Program-made: the position numbers and the translations under genes
In this document: piece by piece, positions 17,187 through 27,300 of the stretch
Layout of the letters: every line of letters begins with the position of its first letter
Position numbering within the stretch: the first letter of the stretch is position 1
Notes under the pieces: generated by a model
Seen by the model: only the letters and a program-made list of their open reading frames with translations
Told to the model about the DNA's origin: nothing
Databases searched by the model: none
NCBI GenBank assembly: GCA_964637555.1
Contig: CAZWTJ010000002.1
Location: 1 to 59,656, forward strand
DNA length: 59,656 nucleotides
Reading direction: 5' to 3'
DNA from: an uncultured Dehalococcoidia bacterium
GTDB lineage: Bacteria > Chloroflexota > Dehalococcoidia > Lucifugimonadales > UBA6927

Positions 17187-18155
17187 TTGTACATGGAGGA
17201 TGTGATGCAACCAGGTATACCAGAAGAAAATGAAGTATTGAACTATTTCAAAACCTTGAGCAATTGGAACAGATGGGGATCTGATGACCAATTAGGCACT
17301 TTGAATTATTTGTCAGAAACAAAAACTCTCAATGCAACCAGAGAAGTAAAACATGGAAAGACAATCTCTTGTGCAAGAACAATTTCGTGGGAGCCTTCTC
17401 CTGATTCACAAATTCCACCTGTTCATTTTATGGTTGAAAGTGGTGAAGGTTGGGAAAATGAAAATAAGATTTCCAACAGGAAATCCCAGGCATCCACTGA
17501 CTATTTTGGTCTAATATTTCATGGTCACACAATTACACATATGGATAGCCTTGCACATTTTTTCTGGAATGGAAGGGCTTATAACAATCAACCTTCACAT
17601 CTAGTTTCAACAAGCATGGGTGCGACAATAGAATCAATAGAATTAGCAAAAGAAGGAATCATCACTAGAGGAATCCTAGTGGACATACCACTACTAAAAG
17701 ACATCGAATGGCTAAATAGAGGGACAGGGGTAATGCCTGAAGATATTATTGAAGCAGAAAAGAAATTTGGTTTCAAAATACAATCTGGGGATGTACTGCT
17801 AGTGCGAACAGGGCAATTACACAGAAGAAATACTGAAGGTGCCGTTGACCCAAGAGTTGAAGGTTCTACTGCATGCCAAGCTGCATGTTTGCCATTATTC
17901 CACGAGAGAGAAATATCTATATTGGGTTCAGATACAGGTAATGATGTGATGCCACAACAATACAAGGCTCTCACAAACCCAATTCATCAAATAGGAATAG
18001 TCGGAATGGGACTATGGATTTTAGACAATGCAAACTTAGAAGAACTAGCAAAAGAATGTAAAAAAAGAAAGCAGTGGAGCTTTCTAATAAACATATTGCC
18101 ACTAAGATTGCAAAACACCACAGGATCCCCAGTAAATCCAATAGCAGTGTTTTAA
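17187..18155 (+). CDS. Cyclase-family metal hydrolase (kynurenine formamidase-like)
   Basis: HGHTITHMDSLAHF fits the His/Asp metal site of the putative-cyclase family. The start is uncertain: TTG 17187, ATG 17193, or ATG 17205 with GGAGGA 4 nt upstream. Confidence 0.7.
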   Translation: MYMEDVMQPGIPEENEVLNYFKTLSNWNRWGSDDQLGTLNYLSETKTLNATREVKHGKTISCARTISWEPSPDSQIPPVHFMVESGEGWENENKISNRKSQASTDYFGLIFHGHTITHMDSLAHFFWNGRAYNNQPSHLVSTSMGATIESIELAKEGIITRGILVDIPLLKDIEWLNRGTGVMPEDIIEAEKKFGFKIQSGDVLLVRTGQLHRRNTEGAVDPRVEGSTACQAACLPLFHEREISILGSDTGNDVMPQQYKALTNPIHQIGIVGMGLWILDNANLEELAKECKKRKQWSFLINILPLRLQNTTGSPVNPIAVF

Positions 18156-18214
18156 CTTGACATCAATTTACTAGTGTTCTAAAATGTTCTATAAGTTTAT
18201 GCCGGAGATTAAAA

Positions 18215-18493
18215 ATGCTAAAAAATGGAGAACAATTTTCATTTCCTGAGTTTCCAAAAAATCCAGAAATAAAGGATTCACATGTTAACTGTTGCGAAGT
18301 ACAAGTTGGCCACACTGTCCAGTATATTGGGAAAAACTGGAATGGACCTAAACTAGGCTCTATAGGAACCATTTGTGCAAAGCGCGTATCGACTGCTACC
18401 GTACAACTAATAAATGGAGTTAAATGGACAATCCCCTACTCTATGCTTGCTGCATATGATAGTAGTAATGCCATGGAACTTTCCCTCGTATGA
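18215..18493 (+). CDS. Hypothetical small protein
   Basis: 92 aa. GGAGA lies 6 nt upstream of the ATG. It fills the only gap between the cyclase and PAC2 genes. The competing antisense ORF 18163-18372 has no SD-like sequence. No recognisable motif. Confidence 0.45.
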   Translation: MLKNGEQFSFPEFPKNPEIKDSHVNCCEVQVGHTVQYIGKNWNGPKLGSIGTICAKRVSTATVQLINGVKWTIPYSMLAAYDSSNAMELSLV

Positions 18494-18528
18494 GCCTCAA
18501 GTTGTTATATTCAAATATAATTTCGAAT

Positions 18529-19404
18529 TCAAGAATTCCCAGGACTCTGGCTTCTAAGAAAATCTTCCAATTCTTCAACTACTGACTCATGGTTTGGAAT
18601 TTCATCCAGACTTACACTAGAAGAATCATAATTCTCTTCTAACTGACTGACATACGAGGAAATTTCTGGATCGTCCTCAATAGCCTTATCCATTTGAACA
18701 TCAAAACGTTCAGCAGAAATTTTCAGTTCCGACAAATCTATTTGAATCTCACAAATCTCTTTTAAATTCTTGAGTAAAGTATAAGCAGCTCTGGGGTTAG
18801 TATTTGAATTTACATAATGAGAACAATGTACCCACAAACTTGTATGGATTATATCTTCAGACTTACATGCATCCACGAACAAACTATGAATGCTTGTAGG
18901 GCCTTGGTATTTTGACTTTCTGACCCCGGACCATTCAATTTTCTTTGCCTCTTGGGTAGACGTTGAAGAACCACTAATTCTTAAAGGTCTAGTATGGGGC
19001 ACCGCGTCAAGTAATGATCCAACAGAAATAATCTTGTCTACTTTTTGTTCTGACACAATTTGAAAAACTAAAGAAATGAATTTCTTCCACTTAATGTTGG
19101 GCTCAGTACCATTTAAAAGAATTATGTTTCTATCCTTCTGTTGAAATGAGTGGCAATAAAAGTCATTTTCTGGCCAAAGTATCACTCGTTCATTATTTTG
19201 CCCAATTCTAACCTCTGGACGCTCTTCAGAAAAAACAAAAAACTCTTCTGGATCAATCTCCGCAAATTTTAATGCAGGAAGACCCTGAATCAAAAAGTTT
19301 ATTGCGTCAGTTGCGGCTTGGGAAGCATCAGGCCATCCAGCGAATGCAACAATAAGTGTAGAAGGGCGAATTTGGGGTTCTAGGTGTTTAATTATATTAT
19401 TCAT
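18529..19404 (-). CDS. PAC2 (proteasome assembly chaperone 2-like) family protein
   Basis: The N-terminal block STLIVAFAGWPDASQAATDAINFL resembles the conserved AFEGWNDAG motif of bacterial PAC2-family proteins. Acidic C-terminal tail. Confidence 0.65.
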   Translation of the reverse strand: MNNIIKHLEPQIRPSTLIVAFAGWPDASQAATDAINFLIQGLPALKFAEIDPEEFFVFSEERPEVRIGQNNERVILWPENDFYCHSFQQKDRNIILLNGTEPNIKWKKFISLVFQIVSEQKVDKIISVGSLLDAVPHTRPLRISGSSTSTQEAKKIEWSGVRKSKYQGPTSIHSLFVDACKSEDIIHTSLWVHCSHYVNSNTNPRAAYTLLKNLKEICEIQIDLSELKISAERFDVQMDKAIEDDPEISSYVSQLEENYDSSSVSLDEIPNHESVVEELEDFLRSQSPGNS

Positions 19405-19465
19405 TTCAGTCCCAAAAAGTTTTCAATACCTTCCCATTATACGGCGGAATTTATATCTGCACAAA

Positions 19466-20821
19466 TCAATTTTCTACGAGCATGTTGTAAGCTAACGCAG
19501 TCATAATTTTGGCTCCAGAAACCAAACTTTTTATTCCCACCGACTCATCTGTTCCATGCACATTGTTCTTTGATTGATCATCTTGTGGATGTGCTCCAGT
19601 AAAACCGTACGTTAAAACGCCGATAGGACGAGTAAATCTAGAATCGGTAAATCCCGTGCTCAGAGATGGAATCCATTGGATTTCAGGGTTTGCTAGAACT
19701 ATGGACGTAGCATGAGAAATTTGAGTTGCAAGTTCGCTATTAAATTCAGATGAATTCGGAACTGCCATGTAATCAATTTCATATGATATTCCATCAATAT
19801 CATTAAGAATATTATCTAATTGATTACGAACATAATCTTCATCTTGGTTGGGTAACGTTCTTACATCACATGTTAAGTTTATCGTCTCAGGTACACTATT
19901 TGATTTAATTCCACCATTAACCATAGTTGGAGTAAGAGTCATTCTTGAACTAGCTTTCAAAATTGATGCTAATGAAGGGTTTGTCAATTCAACATCTTGA
20001 ATAATTTGATCAATATTTTCACTGGTTGGTTTGTCTTCAATTGCGAAGTTTGATAGGTAATCAAAAATTGGGCCAGAGACATCTTTTTCAGGAGCGTAAT
20101 TCTCAATAGAAGACAAAACTTTACTAAATGTAAAAAGTGCATTTTCACCCTGCCATGGGACAGATGCGTGTGAGCTAGAGCCACGAACCGTAATTTCAAT
20201 CTGCAGTCTACCCTTCTCACCAACACCTAAAAGATATGCCAAATTCCCTGCCGCATCCACTGGAATTCCTCCACCTTCATTTACAGCAAAAGGAGCATCA
20301 ATTAAATCTGCGTGATTTTCAGCCAACCACTTAAATCCATATCTTCCTCCATGCTCTTCATCTGCTCCAGAAGCTAATATCAAAGAATCCCTCAGATTTA
20401 TATTATTTCGTTTAAGAATCCTCATCGCCATCATCTGTGATGCAAGTAACGCTTTACAATCAGACGCCCCTCTTCCATAAATTCTCCCTCCACTAATAGA
20501 AGCACTAAAAGGTGGGAATTCCCATTTTGATTCATTCTCAACCGGGACAACATCCGTATGAGACATAAACATCAATCCTGCCTTACCAGATGTGCCTGGC
20601 ATAAGAGAAATAATATTACCTCTTTCTGGCACAATTCCTAGAATTTGAGATTCTATAGAAGAATCTTTTAACCATTTTTGGACAAATTCGCATACAGGTG
20701 TCTCATTTCCTGTTGGCATGAAACCAGTGTTAACTGAAGGGATCTGAACAAGAGATCTGTGTAATTCAACCAACTCATTTTGGTTACGGTCGATATCAGA
20801 CAAAAGATTTTCTAGTGACAT
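19466..20821 (-). CDS. M20 family metallopeptidase (ArgE/DapE/carboxypeptidase-like)
   Basis: MFMSHTDVVPV, GRGASDCK and SGADEEHGG (metal ligands) with an inserted dimerisation domain. 451 aa. Confidence 0.85.
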   Translation of the reverse strand: MSLENLLSDIDRNQNELVELHRSLVQIPSVNTGFMPTGNETPVCEFVQKWLKDSSIESQILGIVPERGNIISLMPGTSGKAGLMFMSHTDVVPVENESKWEFPPFSASISGGRIYGRGASDCKALLASQMMAMRILKRNNINLRDSLILASGADEEHGGRYGFKWLAENHADLIDAPFAVNEGGGIPVDAAGNLAYLLGVGEKGRLQIEITVRGSSSHASVPWQGENALFTFSKVLSSIENYAPEKDVSGPIFDYLSNFAIEDKPTSENIDQIIQDVELTNPSLASILKASSRMTLTPTMVNGGIKSNSVPETINLTCDVRTLPNQDEDYVRNQLDNILNDIDGISYEIDYMAVPNSSEFNSELATQISHATSIVLANPEIQWIPSLSTGFTDSRFTRPIGVLTYGFTGAHPQDDQSKNNVHGTDESVGIKSLVSGAKIMTALAYNMLVEN

Positions 20822-20839
20822 ATGAGACTTTCCCTTATT

Positions 20840-21373
20840 TTAAAGAATTAAAATCGTAGTTAATAGACATGAAATTGATTTAGAATCTTGTATTTCTCCG
20901 CACCTAATCAGTTCTGCTACATTATCAATATCAACCTCTTCAATTTCAATAAATTCATCTTCATCAGGTGACAGCGGATCCTCTATTAATTCAGTCGCGA
21001 GGTAACCATGAATAAATTCAGAACAAAACCCAGGGGCAGTCCAAAACCCAGTCAAATATTTTAAGTTCTTAGCAGAAAAGCCAGTTTCTTCACGCAATTC
21101 TCTAATCGCAGCAAGTTTAGGATCCTCTGCAATTTCTAATGTACCTGCAGGAACTTCCAACAAAACTTTTTTGGCAGCATAGCGATATTGACGCACTAAA
21201 ATAATTTTTTGATCCTTAGTGATAGGAACTATAGCAACTGCACCAGGATGTTCTACAACATCACGAATTGTTTTCCTACCATTAGATACAGTAACTTCGT
21301 CACGTCTCAAAGAAATATACTTCCCTTTATATATTTCTTGGCTTTTTTCAGTAATTTCAGGACGTAAATTCAT
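20840..21373 (-). CDS. NUDIX hydrolase (ADP-ribose pyrophosphatase-like)
   Basis: Nudix box GTLEIAEDPKLAAIRELREETGF (Gx5Ex7REUxEExGU). I set the start at ATG 21373 (MNLRPEI...), which avoids overlap with nadK. Confidence 0.8.
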   Translation of the reverse strand: MNLRPEITEKSQEIYKGKYISLRRDEVTVSNGRKTIRDVVEHPGAVAIVPITKDQKIILVRQYRYAAKKVLLEVPAGTLEIAEDPKLAAIRELREETGFSAKNLKYLTGFWTAPGFCSEFIHGYLATELIEDPLSPDEDEFIEIEEVDIDNVAELIRCGEIQDSKSISCLLTTILIL

Positions 21374-21383
21374 AGTGCTCCAA

Positions 21384-22229
21384 TCACATTGTTTGTAGAC
21401 CAAGTCTATTACCAACTGATGAGTAAAAATCACCATCGGGATTAGATCTCAAAAATTTTGCAACATATGGGCTTCGAGAAACACGCACTACATAAGAAGA
21501 ATCTAATGTTTTAGCAGATAATCCGTCTGCACTCACTAATACATTTTCTACATCCCCCAACGAAATTTCAATTACTGATTTTGGAGGTAAAACCAAACCA
21601 CTTTTCAAGCCTGTATGTGCTGCTACTGGTTGAAGTAAAATCACTTCATTTCCAGGATAAATAATTGGACCACCTGCTGAAAGCCCATATCCTGTACTTC
21701 CCGTAGGAGTAGACACAATCAAAGCATCAGCACGATAACTAGGAAGTGCAACTCCATCTACTTTTGCGTGGATATCTAATAAATTGGTTACTTTAGATCT
21801 TCCAACAACTATTTCATTTAGGACATGAAAATCAGAACCGACTATTTCATTTTCATTGTTTAGAATCGACGCTTTAAGCATCATTCGTTCTTGAACGGTA
21901 AACCCGTCTTTAACATAATTTGGCAACCGTTCTTTTGCATCAGCCACATTAAGTTCTGACATGAATCCAATTCTACCCATATTTATACCCACTATTCCAA
22001 TTTCATGTGGCACTAAAGAATTTACTGAGCGTAGAATTGTCCCATCACCGCCTGCAATTACAGCAAGTTGAGTATGTGATAAATCGTCTTGGTGGAATTG
22101 TATTTCGTCGGCCTCACACTTCCAAGAATTTTGGACAAATCCTGGTAAATTCATTAGTTCATCAACAAATTTTTCAGAATTTGAATATAACGGATTATGG
22201 ATGAAAAGAGTTTGGTTTTCTTGGTTCAT
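21384..22229 (-). CDS. nadK: NAD+ kinase
   Basis: VIAGGDGTILRS and STPTGSTGYGLSAGGPI motifs. 281 aa. Confidence 0.9.
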   Translation of the reverse strand: MNQENQTLFIHNPLYSNSEKFVDELMNLPGFVQNSWKCEADEIQFHQDDLSHTQLAVIAGGDGTILRSVNSLVPHEIGIVGINMGRIGFMSELNVADAKERLPNYVKDGFTVQERMMLKASILNNENEIVGSDFHVLNEIVVGRSKVTNLLDIHAKVDGVALPSYRADALIVSTPTGSTGYGLSAGGPIIYPGNEVILLQPVAAHTGLKSGLVLPPKSVIEISLGDVENVLVSADGLSAKTLDSSYVVRVSRSPYVAKFLRSNPDGDFYSSVGNRLGLQTM

Positions 22230-22264
22230 GATTCACCTTATCAAAACTCGATGACAATCATATT

Positions 22265-23815
22265 TTAACCTAATAGCAAAGCATCTGCTGCAATTTGAGC
22301 AATTTCTAGGATTGGACCGGGGAAAACACCTAGTAATAATACAATACCCAGTGAAAAAATCGCGGAAATCAACACCGGTTTCATAGAAAATACATCAATC
22401 TTTTCATCATCATCGGAGTCTGAGAGGAACACATATTTCAAAATCCTAAGATAGTAATATGCAGATACAACACTATTTAAGACTGCAATTATGGCTAACC
22501 ATTCTAATCCGGCCGAAATCGCAGAACCAAATAAATAAAACTTGGCAACAAAACCTGCAGATGGAGGCAATCCAATTAGTGAAAGTATCGCTAATGCAAG
22601 CACCACTGACAAAGTAATCGATCGGTTTTTAAGTCCAGAAAATTCATGTATCAGGCCATTAGGGGCAAATTTTGAAATGGCTATAATTATTGAAAATGCA
22701 GCAATATTAGTAGCTGCATATGCAATCAAATAAAATATTGAGGCAGAAATCCCAAGACTCAAATCATCAACCAATCTTGAAGAAACAGCCGTTACGCCAA
22801 TCAGGATATATCCAGCATGTGCAATCGAACTATAAGCCATCAAACGGATAATTTTAGTTTGCCTTATCGCGACAATATTACCTATGGTCATAGATAAAAC
22901 AGCCAAAATACCCCAGATTAGGCTCCAATCAATCCCCATTTGAGAAAAATCTTGATTTACAAAAGCGATATTAAACACTCTTAAAATAACTGCAAAGCCT
23001 GCTGCCTTACTTGCAACAGACAAAAATGCAGTAACAGGAATAGGAGAGCCCTCATAAACATCTGGAGCCCACATCTGGAATGGGACAATAGCAATTTTAA
23101 AGCCGAATCCAGCAACAATCATTGCGACTGCAAGAAGTAATGCATAAGATCCAAAAGGCGCAGAATGTTGTTGGCCGATTTCTAATATCCTTGAGTTTAT
23201 GATTTCTAAATTTACTGAACCTGTATAACCGTACAAGATCACCAAACCATATAGTAAGATGGCAGAACTAATGGCACTCAGTATCAAAAACTTCATCCCT
23301 GCCTCAACAGATCTAATTTTACGCATAAAAGTGGCCAACGCTGCAATAGGGATTGCGGTTAGTTCCAACGCAATATAAATCGTGATTAGGTCAGCAGCAG
23401 AAGCTAGTAACATCATACCAACCGCAGAAATCAAAATTAACGAAAAATACTCCATTCGGAAGAGCGAGTAATTAGAAGAATATTGATGAGACAGCAAAAC
23501 TATCGGAACCAAAATCACAATTATCAAAGCTTTAAACGTTAAAGCAAAATGATCTAATGAAAGAGAAGCAAAAAATATCTTGCTAGGCAGGTCATTGTCA
23601 TTGAGACCAATCCACAAAAGTACAATGAAAACCATGGGGACAATCAAGCCGACCATCACCACCCACGTTACATGTCTTTTGAGATTAGTAACTAAATCTA
23701 GTGCAATTAAAACTAAAGCTAATCCAACAAGACTTAATTCAGGAGAAATATAATATAGTGATTGCAGATCCAAATAACTAACCTTATCTATTCTATAAAC
23801 CTTGTAACGATTCAA
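22265..23815 (-). CDS. nuoN: NADH-quinone oxidoreductase subunit N
   Basis: Antiporter-like subunit with FQMWAPDVYEGSPIPVTAFLSV. Last gene of the nuo operon. An alternative TTG start at 23773 would remove the 23-nt overlap with nuoM. Confidence 0.9.
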   Translation of the reverse strand: MNRYKVYRIDKVSYLDLQSLYYISPELSLVGLALVLIALDLVTNLKRHVTWVVMVGLIVPMVFIVLLWIGLNDNDLPSKIFFASLSLDHFALTFKALIIVILVPIVLLSHQYSSNYSLFRMEYFSLILISAVGMMLLASAADLITIYIALELTAIPIAALATFMRKIRSVEAGMKFLILSAISSAILLYGLVILYGYTGSVNLEIINSRILEIGQQHSAPFGSYALLLAVAMIVAGFGFKIAIVPFQMWAPDVYEGSPIPVTAFLSVASKAAGFAVILRVFNIAFVNQDFSQMGIDWSLIWGILAVLSMTIGNIVAIRQTKIIRLMAYSSIAHAGYILIGVTAVSSRLVDDLSLGISASIFYLIAYAATNIAAFSIIIAISKFAPNGLIHEFSGLKNRSITLSVVLALAILSLIGLPPSAGFVAKFYLFGSAISAGLEWLAIIAVLNSVVSAYYYLRILKYVFLSDSDDDEKIDVFSMKPVLISAIFSLGIVLLLGVFPGPILEIAQIAADALLLG

Positions 23816-25292
23816 TAATTGGTGAAATACCAGTAATTAAAACATCATTTATGAAAAATGGGAAAATCCCAACTCCAACAATTGTGAACAAGAGCAAAAC
23901 TATGGGTATTAATTCCAATTTACCAACATCACTGATGGTAATAAAACGATCCTTAATAGGACCAAACATAGTTCTCTGAATCATCCACAAAATATAGCCC
24001 GCAGATAAAACAATTCCAAACGCCGCAACCCCAGTGTGCCATGGCAAATTAGCGAAAGCACCTAAGAAAACAGCAATTTCTGCAACAAACCCACTGGTAC
24101 CAGGAAGACCAAGTGAAGCGAATCCAGCAATTACCAATGTAAGAGCTGCAATAGGCATTCGGGTAGCTAAACCACCCAAATCGGGAATGTATCTGGTATG
24201 AGTCTTTTCATATACCATCCCAACAATCAAAAAAAGAAGTCCTGTAATCGTTCCATGGGTAAACATTTGTAAAGCAGCACCAGTTAGACCAATTGTAGAA
24301 GCGAAGCCTCCAACTGAAGAAATACCCACCAAAACAAACCCCATATGGCTAATACTACTGAAGGCAACTAATCTTTTAAGATCAGTTTGGTTGAATGTGA
24401 TTATTGCGCCATAAATAATGTTTACAACACCTAAAGTGCCAATAACCCAAGCGAAAGATAACGCTACATCTGGGAACATTGACAAACAAACACGAAAAAT
24501 TCCATAACCACCCATCTTCAACAATACTCCTGCAAGCATTACACTAGCGGCAGTTGGAGCATCAGTATGGGCGTCTGGCAACCATGTGTGTAGTGGCCAA
24601 ACAGGAAGTTTGACAGCAAACCCTAAAAATAGCAAAGAGCATACTACAACTGATGGAACAAGAAGCTGTGCACCTTGTATCTTTTCTGGCAACTGGGTCA
24701 TATCCAAAGTATTTGTAGATGCCATAAGAACTAAAATTCCAACAACCATTGCAGCTGATCCAGCTAATGTGAAAATCAAGAATTTCATTGCTGAGTACTC
24801 TTTCCTACCACTTCCCCAAATCGCAATCAAGAAAAACATAGGAATTAATTCAACTTCCCAAAACAAGAAAAACAAGAAGAAATCTAAAGATGTAAAAACA
24901 CCTAATACACCGGTCTGCAAAATCAAAAGCCATGCAAAATGTTCTCTAATTCTATGAGTAATATTCCACGAAGCAAAAATTGCGACAAAGCCTAAAATTC
25001 CTGTGAGTAGCACCATGGGTGCACTAAGGCCGTCAACGCCTAAAAAATACTCGACAGGAAATGAGTCAATTGGGATCCACGAAAGCCTATCGACCATCTG
25101 TAATCCCGCATCTCGATTGAGGTAGTAGCGAATAAAAATGATACCTGTAATTAATAATTCAGCCGTAACAAATGATAAAGCAACATGTTTTATATATCTT
25201 CGTGAAATAACAGGCACAACAATCAAAAGTGCCCCAAAAGTCGGAAGGAACACTGCGAGAGTTAATAGTCCTAAAAAGTCTGAATTTTCCAA
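23793..25292 (-). CDS. nuoM: NADH-quinone oxidoreductase subunit M
   Basis: LHTWLPDAHTDAPTAASVMLAGVLLKMGGYG block. 499-aa polytopic protein. Confidence 0.9.
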   Translation of the reverse strand: MENSDFLGLLTLAVFLPTFGALLIVVPVISRRYIKHVALSFVTAELLITGIIFIRYYLNRDAGLQMVDRLSWIPIDSFPVEYFLGVDGLSAPMVLLTGILGFVAIFASWNITHRIREHFAWLLILQTGVLGVFTSLDFFLFFLFWEVELIPMFFLIAIWGSGRKEYSAMKFLIFTLAGSAAMVVGILVLMASTNTLDMTQLPEKIQGAQLLVPSVVVCSLLFLGFAVKLPVWPLHTWLPDAHTDAPTAASVMLAGVLLKMGGYGIFRVCLSMFPDVALSFAWVIGTLGVVNIIYGAIITFNQTDLKRLVAFSSISHMGFVLVGISSVGGFASTIGLTGAALQMFTHGTITGLLFLIVGMVYEKTHTRYIPDLGGLATRMPIAALTLVIAGFASLGLPGTSGFVAEIAVFLGAFANLPWHTGVAAFGIVLSAGYILWMIQRTMFGPIKDRFITISDVGKLELIPIVLLLFTIVGVGIFPFFINDVLITGISPIIESLQGL

Positions 25293-25295
25293 TTT

Positions 25296-27296
25296 CTATC
25301 CATTTTTAAATAATAGTAATAAAGCGATAACTAAAATCATTCCAGCAGAAATCCCTACACCATAAATCTGCATCTGCCCAGTTTGCAATTGCCTAACACC
25401 TTCACCTATATTAATCCCAGTTTTGCCAATGAAATCATATATTCGATCTATAAAATATTTATCGATCCAATCAAACGGTTTTACAATTTTCGAATAAAAT
25501 ATTTTGAAAACTATTACATTCTCATAGAATTGATCAAAATAATATTTATTTTGAAGTAACGAATTCAAATATCTAAACATTGAATTGTCGAGAAATTTGC
25601 CTAGAACGAATCTACTGGAACTAGAATCATTGAATAATGAATACCCAATCAGTATCCCAGTAATTGACAAAATTGTCGAAAAAAGAGCAATCCAAATATT
25701 TAAATCATGTATCTCGAAATGAACAGGTCCGTGCTCTAAGAATTCAGTAAGCCAATGAATCGGAATTATCCCCAAATCGATTAGAGGATTTGCTAAAAAC
25801 CCTCCAACAACCGCCATAATGGACAAGATTATCATGGGAACTACCATTGTCCTAGGAGATTCTACAATGTGAACTTCAGAGGAATCTTCAATCTCAGGAT
25901 CAGATTTACTTCCACCACGAAATTCGCCCAAAAATGTCATATATATAACTCGGAACATATACAACGATGTCATCACAACACCTAATAACGCAATATACAA
26001 AACAATGTTTGATAATTGGTCACCACTGCTAGCATAAGCTAAAATTTCGTCTTTACTCCAAAACCCAGCCAATGGGAATAGACCGGCCAGGCTCAAACTC
26101 CCTATTAAAAAAGTCCAAAATGTTATGGGCATTTCTTTCCGTAGCCCACCCATAAACCTCATGTCAAACGTACCAGTAGCATGGTTTACACTACCAGAAC
26201 CCATAAACAACAGCGCTTTGAAAAATGCATGAGTGAACAAATGGAAAATCGCTGGAGCATACGCACCAATACCTAATGCCAACATCATATAACCTAATTG
26301 GCTTATCGTAGAATATGCTAATACTCGTTTAATATCATTCATTACCAAGCCCATTGTTGCTGAAAACAAAAGCGTCACAGCACCCAAAATAGTAACAATA
26401 TTCATCACTATTCCCGTTAGTTCGAATAACGGATAAAACCGGGCAACTAAAAAAATGCCGGCAGCAACCATGGTTGCTGCGTGTATCAAAGCACTAACTG
26501 GAGTTGGACCTTCCATAGCGTCTGGTAACCACACATGGAGTAAAAATTGCCCTGACTTACCAGCAGCACCTGCCAAAATGCCTAAGGCGACCCAAGTTGC
26601 AACACTAGAAGATAGCAACCCTTGATGAATCCCAGAATACAAATCAGGTATTGAAAAAATATTTAATCCATTCTCTATAAATACACCACTATTTAAAAAC
26701 AAATATAGTAATCCTAGTAGGAATCCAAAATCACCAATTCTAGTAACAATAAAAGCCTTCTTAGCTGCAGCTGCGGCTGATGGTTTTTCAAACCAAAACC
26801 CTATCAATAAATATGAGCTTACCCCTACAAGTTCCCAAAAAACAAAAATCTGGATAATATTTCTCGACAGCACTAGGCCTAACATAGACGCAGTAAAAAA
26901 CGACATGTAAGCAAAATACCGCGCGTATCCCGGATCTCTGTTCCCATTATGATCTTTCATGTATCCCACAGAATAAATTTGCACTAACAAACTCACACTG
27001 GAAACAACTATTAGCATTACGATACTTAAAGGATCTAAAATTAAATTAAAATTAACATCCAAGTTGGAAATTTGAATCCAGGAAAATCCTCCGAAATCAT
27101 GATCTGTAAAACCGTTACGTAACGAATCGTACAAAACTAATATCGACAAGAAAAAGGAGATCCCAACAGAACCAATTGTCAATGGAGCAGCTAAAAAGTC
27201 ATAGTCATGAAAAAATGGACGTAGAACAAAAACAATCGTAGAAAAACTTAATAATGGGACTAAAAAAATCAACCATATTGCTATTTCTGACATCAT
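25296..27296 (-). CDS. nuoL: NADH-quinone oxidoreductase subunit L
   Basis: LHVWLPDAMEGPTPVSALIHAATMVAAG block. 666 aa with the long C-terminal extension typical of NuoL. Confidence 0.9.
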   Translation of the reverse strand: MMSEIAIWLIFLVPLLSFSTIVFVLRPFFHDYDFLAAPLTIGSVGISFFLSILVLYDSLRNGFTDHDFGGFSWIQISNLDVNFNLILDPLSIVMLIVVSSVSLLVQIYSVGYMKDHNGNRDPGYARYFAYMSFFTASMLGLVLSRNIIQIFVFWELVGVSSYLLIGFWFEKPSAAAAAKKAFIVTRIGDFGFLLGLLYLFLNSGVFIENGLNIFSIPDLYSGIHQGLLSSSVATWVALGILAGAAGKSGQFLLHVWLPDAMEGPTPVSALIHAATMVAAGIFLVARFYPLFELTGIVMNIVTILGAVTLLFSATMGLVMNDIKRVLAYSTISQLGYMMLALGIGAYAPAIFHLFTHAFFKALLFMGSGSVNHATGTFDMRFMGGLRKEMPITFWTFLIGSLSLAGLFPLAGFWSKDEILAYASSGDQLSNIVLYIALLGVVMTSLYMFRVIYMTFLGEFRGGSKSDPEIEDSSEVHIVESPRTMVVPMIILSIMAVVGGFLANPLIDLGIIPIHWLTEFLEHGPVHFEIHDLNIWIALFSTILSITGILIGYSLFNDSSSSRFVLGKFLDNSMFRYLNSLLQNKYYFDQFYENVIVFKIFYSKIVKPFDWIDKYFIDRIYDFIGKTGINIGEGVRQLQTGQMQIYGVGISAGMILVIALLLLFKNG

Positions 27297-27300
27297 AAAG

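Noticed and set aside
21374-21436. N-terminal extension of the NUDIX ORF overlapping the 3' end of nadK.
   Set aside because: The internal ATG at 21373 gives a normal-length Nudix protein with a 10-nt gap after nadK. The extension has no homology signal.
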